A stretch of DNA of 64,000 nucleotides from Botryllus schlosseri (lineage: Eukaryota): positions 3,348,001-3,412,000 of the forward strand of contig CM119371.1 of assembly GCA_051294905.1 (NCBI GenBank), written 5' to 3'. This document shows positions 38,701 to 50,700 of the stretch, one piece after another (within the stretch, counting starts at the first letter, position 1; each line of letters starts with the position of its first letter). The position numbers and the translations under genes are program-made. Below the pieces are notes generated by a model. It ran no database searches. It was not told the origin of the DNA and worked only from the letters and a program-made list of their open reading frames with translations.

Positions 38701-41700
38701 ATCGGTCAATGTCACTAATAATGTTTAGAGCTGAATTCTAATCTAGCAATAGTATACTCTTTGACGTTTGAAGCTTCTACTTGCTTGAGATAATGCTAAT
38801 ATGTTTATTGTGCTTATTGCTCGCCTTGCTCACCTACAACCTAATTAGACCCACCTCGGCCTGCCTCTAACAATCTTTCTCCTCGGATTAACTGGGGTTG
38901 ACCATTTGAAGATAGATGGAACAGATTGCCTTTTTAGCCAGCGTCGGCCAGCTCGATCAGGTGGTGCAAAATCTTCTTTAGAAAAATGGGCCGAGCAAAC
39001 TCTAGTCCCATCTGTAATCTTAAAAATCGACGTTAAAAATAAACACTGTGAATAATAAAGGTAAACAATGTTATGTATATTTACCATAAAGTTTGCGCCA
39101 ACATCTCGTCTTATTTTCCAAATCCACTTGGATCGAAGTTGCGGATCCTTTGGAAAACGATGAAACGTAAGTGAGGCACTGGAACGACCATCATTGCAAC
39201 ATTGCGGAACGCAACAGTGTCGTGCACTGGTTCGTTTAGACTTGGTAGCAGGTTCTGGCCAAACAATATTTTCGATGTGATCAGCCACATTGTTTCAAGA
39301 TTTTGGCATTAAGCAAATCATCAGATCCAGTAGAATATGTTTACGTAGTCACTATACTCACCAAGGCTAGTTCCAGCTGCTTCAGTCATTCTATCCAAAA
39401 TCAGGCGTTACAGCAGCTAAATAGTATTCGTTAAGCTTGATAACACTCTTACGATACAATGTATACCAATTACTCTGCTTCATGTGCATGAATGTAGGTA
39501 CATATGAATGATGCAATCATAGTTATGTTCTGTAATACGACTACGTTACCGAGGGAGTTCTGCGGTGTTTTGGCGGAATCACTCTAAATCCTTTGTTGAT
39601 TATTGACATCTAACACATCTAAACCCCTGCGCACTTACACGACTAATTTCTGAAACGATTACAACTAGAAATCAACAATATACTACACGATATTTAGCAT
39701 TGAGTCAGGTGCACGAAAAAGTAGCTTGCTACCCAATTTGTTGTTGCTATGCGTATCTAGTCACGTGATCGAAGTCCTGCAAAAGGCCTATTGCTTGCTG
39801 GCAAAATCTTTCCTCACATACAAAAAAATTCGACGTGCGCGAGCTATGGGGTCTCTCACAGATGTTTTTTGTTTTGGGGGGTGTAAAGTAAATTTATATC
39901 GACATATACATTTTTCTTTGTAACCTTCAACACGAACAAACCAGCAATCATTTTTATTGTGAAGTGCAGGGCTTGTATCAGGCTATATAATGGCACCTAT
40001 TATTTTTTCAGTACTTTCCTTGAGTGGAATTTTTTTCGATTCATGTATAAAATTCTAGGGGTGGGGACCGATGATACCATAGCCAAATCAAGCAAAATAA
40101 TCAAGCATACTAATCATAAAACAAATGAAACATGCCTACGTACAGAAAATCTTTATGTAATAATTGCATATGATGTTTTATCGCTATAACGAGGTGTTTG
40201 GAAGTCACGCTGTTGATTTTCGGGCAATATGTATGTACCCTCAAATTTATAAGTCCGAGCCTAAATCGAAACGTGATTTTATGACAACATTTGAGTTAAT
40301 ATTTATTCTATTTCTTGACGGTTGCGATCAAACATTCTTCTTTGGCTTACTGTAGCTTAGATTATAATACTGAGCAAGAACAGTTGTCACATCTGAGGCA
40401 TTTAGGGTATATGTGTCATAGGTCCCCGGGTCGTGTGCCATTGGACCCACCGGGTGGGGACCGATGACACGTTCGAGCAACAAATTTTGAACGTCCATAA
40501 ATATTTTTTGAAAAGACGGATATTCATGTATATGTGCGCGATAGGTAGAGCTTGTATCAAAGTGCTGAACCAGCAAAAGACCTGCTGTTTTCGGCTGAAC
40601 ATTTTGGGGCCAGCGATCATTTTCCAATTTTTGATCCATCGGTACCACATCTCCCCTATGTCAGAAGACCCATCGCCACTATCCAGAATACCGCGCTCCG
40701 AATATGTTGCGGAGCAATGAAAAGTACTCCGATATACGCACTGCAACATTCGTGCAGAGAAATGCCCATGCACCTTAGACATCTCCAGGCATGCTTAACA
40801 TATAGGTCGGTCATTTTAGCTCACGATTCCCATCCGCGTCAATCAATCACACAGGAATCATGGCATGAAATCTTTCCTGACTCGGAATATTTTATTACAT
40901 TTAACATGCTGACGAAACGTGCTCCTATATTTCAGAATTTTGGTGTATCGAAACGAAATCTCCTGCCAACGCCACCATGGAAAGCAATGAGGTACTCGAT
41001 TGACTTGAAAATCGAATCATTGATTAGAAACATATTACATCCCGGAATCGTCAAACGGGAGTGCGAACAGTATATTGACGATCACTACGCTGACTCTATA
41101 AAAATCTATACAGACGGGTCAAAGAACGATAACCAATGTGGAGCAGCCTTCTACGTGGACGAGGAAAATCACTCCTGGAACCAGAAACTAATGGGCGTAT
41201 TGTCGATATTTTCAGCAGAGCTTATTGCAATAAGAGCAGCGTTGGACTGGGTTAAGGTAAATTGCTTGCCAAATTCTAACATCACGATTTTTTCAGACAG
41301 CAAAAGCGCCCTGACAGCACTAAACACGACCAATACAACGGATAGCATCGTCATAGATATACAAGAACGTAACAACGCCTTGTCCTTCAATAAGAAAACA
41401 GTTTCGATGGTATGGATACCTGGTCACAAGAATGTAGGTTTCAACGAAAGATCTGATCAACTAGCACGAGACGCAGCGAACGATCCATCAAACAATATGG
41501 AAAAACATGACATATCTACAAACGAAGCAAGAACCCTGATACACGAATTCTGCAAAACCAAATGGGATAATCACTGGACCCAAATCGACATTGAGTCGCA
41601 ATATCGACGAATTTTTCCAAGCATCGATGATCATACGAACATGCCGCGGCTCTCCCGTAGAGAATCGTCCATTCTCATTAGGATGCAAAGGGGGCATTGT

Positions 41701-44700
41701 AGACTAAACGCTCATCTGTATAGACTTGGACTTCATGAAACGGGACTGTGCGACACGTGTAATCAACTTGAGACGCTTGAGCATTTTGTTATTTCATGCA
41801 ATCGCTACGATCGATCCAGGGTTCATCTAATTCAATCGGCTCATAGACACAATATTCCACTTTCGCTTTGTTCGCTATTGAAAAGTCCTTATACGGTACA
41901 ATCCCTGTTAGACTTTGTTATATTGTCTACTAGAGACTTATAGTTGTGTTAATGAACAAAACAGGCATGGTGCAAAAGGCCTCAGTTTGCCGAGAAGCAC
42001 CCCCCCCCCTATACATACATACATACTCCTATTCGAGAACAATGGAATTGGCAAAAATAAGATGATCGATCAGTTGAGTACAAACGTCACTGGCGCTAAC
42101 GACGATATAAGTTGGCATATTTCTATACTTGCTTTGCTTTAGTCGTAATCAGGCATTAGCCCGGCGTATGAGGAGTGATGAATAGCCTATAAAATATTTA
42201 ACTGTAAACGTGGCCGTTGTAATTTGGTTTATTATTATTTTTAAATCACGATTCCGGTTTGTCTGGAGTCTGAGGACCGTTTGATTAAAAAGTGACACCA
42301 CAGGTGCAACAACAAATAGTTGAAATATAATTTTGTATCACTAATATATTCTTTATGTAAACTGCATATAATGGTTTCGCTTCTGTTAATGATTGCTTTT
42401 TTGGTCCATTTTTCCCACACTAAACTTAGTGTGGATTCTTCGCGTTCTCGAAATAGAGTGTTACTGTCACCGACATTTATCCTAGTGGTAACTAGAGTGA
42501 AAACACAACACAACAGTCGGATGATTATAATGAGGCCTAAAGTCATGAGGCCTATGGACAATGGACGATGGACATGCTCGATATCTGCTGTCTTAAGGGA
42601 TTATTTAATCGAAGTATTTCTTACAACAAATCTCAACATTTTTCACCAATTTGGTGGATAACATAACCATATTTCAATACACTCAGAATTGCTTCGCGGG
42701 CCGGATGAAATGGTCTGGCGGGCCGGATGCGTCCCGCGGGCCGTATGTTTGACACCCATGCTTTAAAGACTCCACGATACCACACTACATGACACTGTAC
42801 TACAACAGTGGTTTAAAATAAAAATGGATGCGTATTACTGTTATGTTGTGTATGTGTTACTCGTCAGTTCCATGAGTGACGTTGGTTACATGTAAAAGTA
42901 CACTATTTTCTCATAAAGTCATATAATTGATTTTTTACGGTCATATAAAAATGGCCATAATAATTACATATAAAATTAAAACGTTTAATCTACTTCTTCA
43001 CGATAAGCAAGGCTGACTACTTTCACCACATCTACGCAAAATCGAGACTTGACTCGCAATACTAGAGATGCAAGTAGAGTAGAAATTGAGATTGGAAGTT
43101 TTTGTCGAACAGTGATGAGCGGTTTTGAAATTTCAAAATACAAATCCTCTTCAAATCCAGAATTAATTTTGTCTTAACTCCAAGTCCAAATCCGATAACG
43201 GCTGAAATTTGTCCAAAAGTATCATGGAAATCGAACAATATCAGGAAATATTTTACAATATTATTATAGGAAATGTATCTAATACCTTGTTCAATCTACA
43301 CTCAGATAACTTCTGCAAATCATCCTGCTTGGCCAATAGTTGTATTTGTTCTTTAAATTTTATAAATTCAGCATCAAAAACTATTCCAAGAAATGCAACG
43401 TCTGCTACGGCATAAACCCGGTTGAACGATAGATTGGAATCCTACAAAATAAAAATGTCAGTTACGTCACAATCTGCACCAATAAGAAAGACTCAGAGGC
43501 ACGATCATACATGAGCTGAGCAGATTATTGTTAGTACTGAAGTCTAGTGCGGTGAAGCGATGGCTATGATGCTTGTCCGCTGGAAAATGCGATGTGAAAG
43601 AAACACAATCCTTATACTTTTGAAAGATATAACCCAACGTTTCGAATGGACTTGATAATTAAAGTACAGTGCCGACAATAATTTTCATAAATTCATCATG
43701 TAAAAACTCTTTACTGATAAAATCAGCACAAGTTGTTAGCTTACTATTCTCAACAAAACCATCTCGTCTTCATGACGCTCATGATTACGTCATAATCTAC
43801 ATCCTGGCTATACTACACCGCAAGGTCATCGTTGTACGTGCCTAGTGTAGCTGACAGCTCCGTACAGTAAGTCAATGAAAGGAGTGAAACTTTATTCCAA
43901 TCATTAGTATGGACTCGATATCAAAATTGAATCATCTTGCTATCCAACCTTCATGTGACCTTCAATCCAGCGACCACTTATCTCGATGACATCTTCTTTG
44001 TTCTTCAATTCAAAATTCCATCCATCTACAGTCAGCTTGACAACCTGAATATTATACAGATGTAAAACTTGATATCGTGCGTTTTATCGATCATCAACCA
44101 TCTATCGTGACGTCATATCTTACATACAGTGACGACCGCAGCATCACAGATCATCATGTGGTATACTTCATTGACACAGGTCACTGATTTTACTGACGTT
44201 TTTTTTTCGATGGTTGCATTTTGCTACTTTAGTGGCTTGATATCTCCAAAAATACTGGTTCGTATGAGGTAAGAAGTATCATGGCGGAATCCGTAGAAAA
44301 AGAATAAGTATTCAGACAAAGATATTTTGGTCAATATAGTTGATCTTTAATCAAATCGTAAGCACCCGGAACCGTATTCCTGCATTGACACGAATTCATG
44401 AGCTGATTTCGTCTTTTAATCGCAGCGCAAAAATCGACAGTTTCCTATTGTGAGCATGTAAATCGGAATTACTCCATGGACATCATAGTGAGTCCTATAT
44501 TACCAGGGAAATAAAACACTGCAGTCAAAAACGCTGTTATAATTAGGGCTGGGCACAATGATTCGAGTGCTCAATCTGAATCGTATATTAATTTAAATGA
44601 TTCAGGCCGAGTAGTAAAAGTCGATTTTCTCAAGTACCGAAATTGTGCAAAAATTGACAAAAATTGTAGTTTTGACAGTATTTTTCACTTTTGAAGCCTT

Positions 44701-47700
44701 GAAATAACGATTGGTCGCAAAGCAGCGTATGAAACATAGTGTACAAAGCTACGAACGTTACTGGAATCACATATTTTTCAAAGTCATGATCATCGCCCAA
44801 AATTGCCAAAAACTGCAATGAAATTGTTATGTTCGAAAAAATACAGAAGTATCTTCCTTGTGATGCATACCAACAGTCATTATATTATTTAAAGTGACAT
44901 AAAAGGTACATATTTGAACTTTGATATATTATATTATGTTATGACGTCATAACATAACGAGTGATACTCGAATAGTCGACTCGACTCTAAGCTTTATATG
45001 TAATTTAGAATCGAATCACTCAGATACTCGATTTTTCTCAGCGCTAGTTATAATCAGTGAACAATTTCGCTATGCAATATCAAAAATCATTGTGTTGGCC
45101 TGAAAATCAGATGCGCACTTTGTTGATTAGCAGTAGGAATATTCTGTTGCGCACTAACTCATGTCGACATGCACACTTTTGAATTTTGATGATGCTGACA
45201 ATGTTACTTTTTATTTACGCAGTGCGTTTTGTATGGGCACGCGCCATTTGCTTACGTAAATGTGACATCATTTTTCAAAAGATTGATGAACGATTCGACC
45301 ATTGCCAGACTGACTGGTATCGATCACACCAATATCAAATTTCATTACATTGCATTCATTTCATTCATTGTCAATGTAGTAGAAAGTTGATTTTTGTTGA
45401 TGAGGTCGTGACATTAGCTCAACGCTCTTATTGCTGCCACTACTTTACATAATCCACCATTTCAGCAAATTCGATTGCATAGCTCGATATTAATGACACA
45501 GTGCGGATATTAAAACATCATATCAGTGAGTAAATACTGTACGAAAGCAGAGTAGGACTGTTAAAAAAAATTATTTAGAATTCACTGGCTATGTGATAAA
45601 ATTGTTAGGTTGGTTGAAACAACGCTGTAAACCAAATTTGGCTTCAAGTCCAACCAGTAGAAGCAAGATTTATGCTGAAAAAAGTTTTGAATTTATAATT
45701 TAAAAAAAATTCATAGTTTTTCTTTCAACCCCATAAAATTGTTAGGCAATCATTAGGGATGATGCATACCAAATTTGGCTCAATTCCAACCGCTAGGAGC
45801 GAAGGTATTGCCGTAGTAAAATTTCCAATTCCATGATTTTATAGGAAATAATTATAGCTTTGAATACAACCTCCATTGTAGTACAATATTTGAACTCAAA
45901 TACTGTTCGGCACACTAAAGGGATTTAAATGGATTTAGAAGCCAAATCTGTTCAACTTCCTTCAGTGTGCCGTTAACTCTTGAAAGAGGCAACAAAAAAG
46001 TCTTCGAGTTTGATAAATATTCTACTACAATGGATTTTGTATTGAAAGCTATATTCAAGTTCTGTACCACGAATCAGCTATTTGAATAAATAATTAAAGA
46101 GTTAGGTACCGTAAAATTATTTTATTAAAATCCAATTTTTTTCTACCGCAATAACTGGTTGGAATTGAGTCACATTTGGTGTGCATCGTCTCTACTGACA
46201 GCCCAACAATTTAACGTTGACTGAAAAATTCTAAAATTTAATTTTTTAATGATAAATCCAAAATTGTCTACTGCAAGAAAATCGCTTCTACTGGTTGCAA
46301 TTGACCAAAAGTTAACGTGCAGCGTTGTTTTCGCCAATCTAACAATTTTATAACATAGCTGAAGATATCTGAAGGTTTTTTGAACAGCCCTGATGCAGAG
46401 AATGTATGTATAATGCTTTCTATCACGACTATGGGGTCACCAATCACGTGAGATCGTCACGTCTCAAGTATCCGCATACCCACATAAAATTATAGTGGCT
46501 TGTTAGTACACAACTAAATCGTAGAATCGATCTCACTTCCCAATCCAATTTTCCAGATAGCGATTCAATCCGACGATGTCCGAGAAGTGAACGCAGTGCT
46601 GTTGCTGAGAAATTATTGCGACGCAAATCCACTTCCTTCACCTGGAATGATGAATGAAATATGAATACAATGTCTACCAATATCATGTCAAACTAACAGA
46701 GCTTTGCACAGACTTATTCAAGGCATATTTTGGGAGCTGAGTATGTTCAACATCATTGTGATCCCCATAATAAAAGCAAACGACCCTAGGTTTAGAGCCA
46801 CGGTCTTTTACTAATCCATTCAAACGGGCTCAATCAATTCTAGGAATACACAGTACTCTGTAATCGAGATTACGATTGGATTTCGGTAAATGATGGCTAA
46901 TTTTATTGACTTTCGATTTCATTTTTGCGAGCGAGGCGGCCACAGTAGGATCAACTGTAATTTGTAATTGAGCTGCATGTGATTAATTATATTTTTTCAT
47001 GTTATTTTAATCGTCATTGAAGCATTTATATTCTGTGTAATTGTAATTGTAATTTTATAAATTTTTACTGATTACAATTTCAATTGCATTGTTATTGAAA
47101 CCTGACAATCACAACATAAAATAATTAGCCCATTAACATGGGTGTGCCTCGTTAATTAATTCAGCCATACTAAACTGTTTCGCCTATAGGCCAACTTCAG
47201 CTCCAACAGAAAACTTGGTGAATTACAATATAGGCTATTCAACAAAATCTCACTATTTCATAAACGGACGAAGAGCAAATAAACTCTTCTGTAACCTGTG
47301 CTGAACCATTTCCTACCCCACGGTCAGCGTTTTTTTTTCAAATCTCTTTCCAGTACTGAGGCTTGCTGCAGCAATTGCAAAAAGAAATTCAAGTTTTCAA
47401 ATAAGACTTTATCACGCTAGGGCTAGATCACACATTTGTAGAGACGTTATCCCAATCTTACCTCCTATCTTAGCTTAATTTACTGGGGCCAGAACCTTTT
47501 CGCATCCTAATTTTAATCAAATGCAGTCGAACAGTTTGTAACTGCGAACCAAAATTTTGTAATTGGTAGTAATCAGGAGCTTCTTTACTTTTGCATTTAT
47601 TTTAAGTAAACACACCTTATCGGTATCATCCTTATTGCCTTACCAATTACATTTCATTCACATTACTCAGCTCTGAGTATTCGTTTGAGTACATTTCATT

Positions 47701-50700
47701 GACTGTCTTGTGGCCTATTCGCTATTAGTCGTTGACAGTCGCTCGAACTTTTGATTGGTAGATGTCGCTTATAAAATTTTTATTTTTTTGTATTTTTCAG
47801 AGCTCATGATTAGGAATAATTTGAATACGTTCAAGTTTGTTTTTTCTAATTAAAGGGTATTCTACGTAGTACGAATCATGTATGAAACATGAATAGCTTG
47901 AGATTGTTGCTAAATACGTCGCTACAGTTGTCAAAGAGCACCTCTCTACCGAATCAGTCAGACTTTTACCAGTAATTGTAATTATAATTGTACTTACATG
48001 TTTAATAGTAATTGTAATTGTGGTCAGGGTTCCAAAGACTCTGGTCACGATTTTCTGATGACTCGACTTGACTCGAGTCAATCTGTGTATTGACTCGACT
48101 TGGACTTGAGTCATTACGCATTACTCGAACCAAGTCATATGACTTGAGACTCAGACGGGCAAGATCGACATTTCATTGAAATTTCAAAGAATAGTAAAGT
48201 GACCACACTATTGGGATTTCGTCTATGAGTACTGGTACTTGAAAATGCGACCAGAAACTGCTACAAGTAAGGAAAATTAATATATTAACATGCGAACCAT
48301 TCGATATCAACAAACTGGGTTATAATAAGTGAGTTACCAAGACTTTAACTGGAAGCTGAGCCGTCAACACAATGACTTAGACTCGAGTCATAATATCATG
48401 ACTCGGACTCCACCCTCTGATCGCCGACTTGAACTCGGTGGTGAGTTGAAAATGACTCGACTTGACCCGAGCCAAAACTATGCAAATGAGAATAACTTGT
48501 TACTCGGAGCCTTTGTGACTAGGTTACAGCCCTGATCGTAGTTGTAATTTGATATTTTTAGCATAGAGTAATTTTAATCATAATGTATTTGAAACATACA
48601 TTAAAGTAATTGTATGCGGCGGTAGTAGAAAGGTAATTTTAGCAATCAAGAACGTGGATATCGCTATGGAACTGTTTGTAAGTTGAATTTGTAAACGTGC
48701 ATGTCACTTGCACCCAGCAGTTCATTTGTCGAAGCAGATCCAGACGAAAGTAAAGTGGTTCATTTCGATTCACAAATGATTTACGACATTACATAATTTT
48801 CAGACTACGCTAATATACTATACTTCATAAGATTTGTTTGACAAACACTGCGCACTTCCGGGTTTTCGGTGTAGCCTAATTAACCATGGATGCCAACCGC
48901 ATATCCGCGCAGCACACGTGATGATAGTTCTACTGGCAACGACCCGTAGTTCAAGTCTATAGTTCCAAGCTTTCGCCAAACCGGTTGGCCATTCACAGTT
49001 AAAAATGAGGTTTTGTGAACAACACACACCATATAATTTTCGATACATACATTCCAGAGCAGTTGACTGGTAACGGTAATTGCGCATGTGTATCCGTGGA
49101 TATGTAGACTGTCCTATATATAGTTTTGAGTAAATGCGTCTATTCCCCACCAGAAACCATTGAATTCCCCACCAGTGGGGAATTCCCCACCGTTTGGAAA
49201 CCAATGTTCTAAGTAATACCTTAAGCCATCGCTGTCGGGTTCGTGATATGGATGAAAATACTCCTGATATACTCATATATCATGTATGTTCATTGTTTAT
49301 AGTTCACTGAGCAGGTTGCTACTATATCGTTCCCATCGAATATGATTTTGAAAATTGCTATGCTTCCCGCAATAGGCCTAACCGACGCGAAATTATGACC
49401 CCAAATGGATTGCTACAAACAGTGCATCGCTGCAAAAAGATGTGAATATTACAGCATATCATATCTGTAGAGCAGGGGTCGGCAACCTTTTGCTAGTCGC
49501 GGGCCAAATTTCAGGTGCACAACATTTTGGCGGGCCGGACCGGAATTTTTCTTAATACTGTAGTTAACCGTCACGTCGGTATATTACCCCACAATGCTGC
49601 AATCTCAATCATACAAATCACAAAAAGAGCAAAACACATGTATTTACACTTCAACAACGCAGGATAATTGTGACACTTGGCGCAGCTTGCTTTGTGATAG
49701 GTTTTCAACTTCTGGCAACAAGTCAGATAAAGCTAGAATCAGGCCATATTCAGAATGTGCGTTGGGATACGTGATCTTAGCTTGCTATTCGTGAATTTCA
49801 TTGTTGAAAACTATTGTTCACATGCGCACGTGCTACCAAAAGTCGATGCTATTTCTTTTGCATTGTTGGTCAAGCTGGGATGAAGACCCATTTCAAGAAC
49901 GTACTCTTTGTCAAAGTCAATCAGCGATATGCTCTTTGTATGAAATTTTTCATTCAATTCAACTGCATGGCATTTCAAATGGGCCCATTTGAAATTTTCT
50001 GGCAATGGTATTGGCGCCCACATTAACCGAAGTACTGGGTAGTCAGAATTTATTTTGTACAGAACGAATGTCGGAAAAGCGGATGGAAATTCATTAATTA
50101 AATTTGGTATATAACAGTTACAAATGTATAGTGCTGATACTCGGTTTACTCTCCTCCAGTATAGGAAAGTGAGCTTATTTAGTTGTTTCTCCATGAAGTT
50201 GCAAATTCAATTTGTTTAGATGTGACGTTAAATGTTCTACGAAAGCAAGATTAGATACCCATTTTCGATGACAAGATTATGAGTCGGCGATGTTTGTATT
50301 TTCAAGGAAAGTTGCTATTTCATTTCTCAGTTCATACACTCGTGCAAGCATATCGACGTAACAAAGCATGTACCCGTTTTGCCAGTGACACTTGCAACCG
50401 ACGGGTTTGCCCAAGACACAGAAAACTTCAGAAGAACGCATATTGCTTGGAATGCCGAACAGCTTCTTGTAGTTGAAGTGCTCTATGTTTCGTTGTTCTT
50501 GTGTTTGAAATATACGTGACAAAGCAATGCTTATTGGGTAGGCCTATCTTTACTATTGCTTTTGGGTCTGCATTCATTACAGTGGAACATATTGACTCAA
50601 AGGCTTTTCGCGTGCGCCTTGTCAGGAGTTAGCGACACAAGAAGAGCTTACTGAAATATAGACATACGAAAACCAATTTGGCAAAATATGACGTAACAAT

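Larger units (their letters stand above)
35093..39789. mobile_element. ISL2EU-type (PIF/Harbinger-related, PHIS) DNA transposon
   Basis: TIRs of about 190 bp starting AGGCCTTTTGCAGGAC (first about 125 bp nearly identical); 2-bp TSD (AT or TA depending on boundary); convergent THAP-DDE and SWIM-YqaJ genes. Confidence 0.92.
34997..40656. mobile_element. Non-autonomous TA-flanked DNA transposon (about 1 kb without the nested element)
   Basis: TIR G(A/G)GGAGATGTGGTACCGATGGATC at both ends; TA at 34995-34996 and 40657-40658; excision restores LINE ORF2 in frame (FSPK-Y-VRRPIATIQNTALR). Superfamily (Tc1/mariner-pogo-like) is a guess. Confidence 0.85.
31078..42024 (+). mobile_element. Full-length RNase H-containing non-LTR retrotransposon (I/Nimb-like), interrupted at 34997-40656
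   Basis: ORF1 with CCHC knuckles; ORF2 APE-RT-RNase H-CCHC; (ATAC)n tail at about 42011-42024; candidate TSD ACTC(A/C)TATTCGA at 31066-31077 and 42025-42036. Confidence 0.92.
30875..42760. mobile_element. Buster-type hAT MITE expanded by a LINE insertion
   Basis: CAGGGGTGTCAAAC / GTTTGACACCCATG with GCGGGCCG subrepeats; perfect TSD CTTTAAAG at 30867-30874 and 42761-42768. Confidence 0.92.
30610..42821 (+). pseudogene. hAT transposase C-terminal remnant split by the 30875-42760 insertion (coding parts about 30610-30874 and 42769-42821)
   Basis: LQKCQPTLASVERSFSLLK (hAT dimerisation-type motif); removing the insert rejoins in frame as HFK|DSTIPHYMTLYYNSGLK*. Confidence 0.75.
30056..42959 (+). 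mobile_element. Internally deleted hAT transposon (CGGBP1-like C-terminus); outer shell of the nest
   Basis: TIRs TAGGGCCATTT / AAATGGCCATA with AAAGTCATA subrepeats; perfect TSD ATAATTAC at 30048-30055 and 42960-42967. Confidence 0.85.

Noticed and set aside
43253-43285. Read-through stop making the 43.4-kb exon terminal
   Set aside because: Not excluded, but an AAG|GTATTA donor and three further phase-0 exons downstream favour continuation.
47860-47960. Possible extra LRR exon (ERCSLTTVATYLATI)
   Set aside because: No convincing acceptor; adjacent to a repeat insertion.
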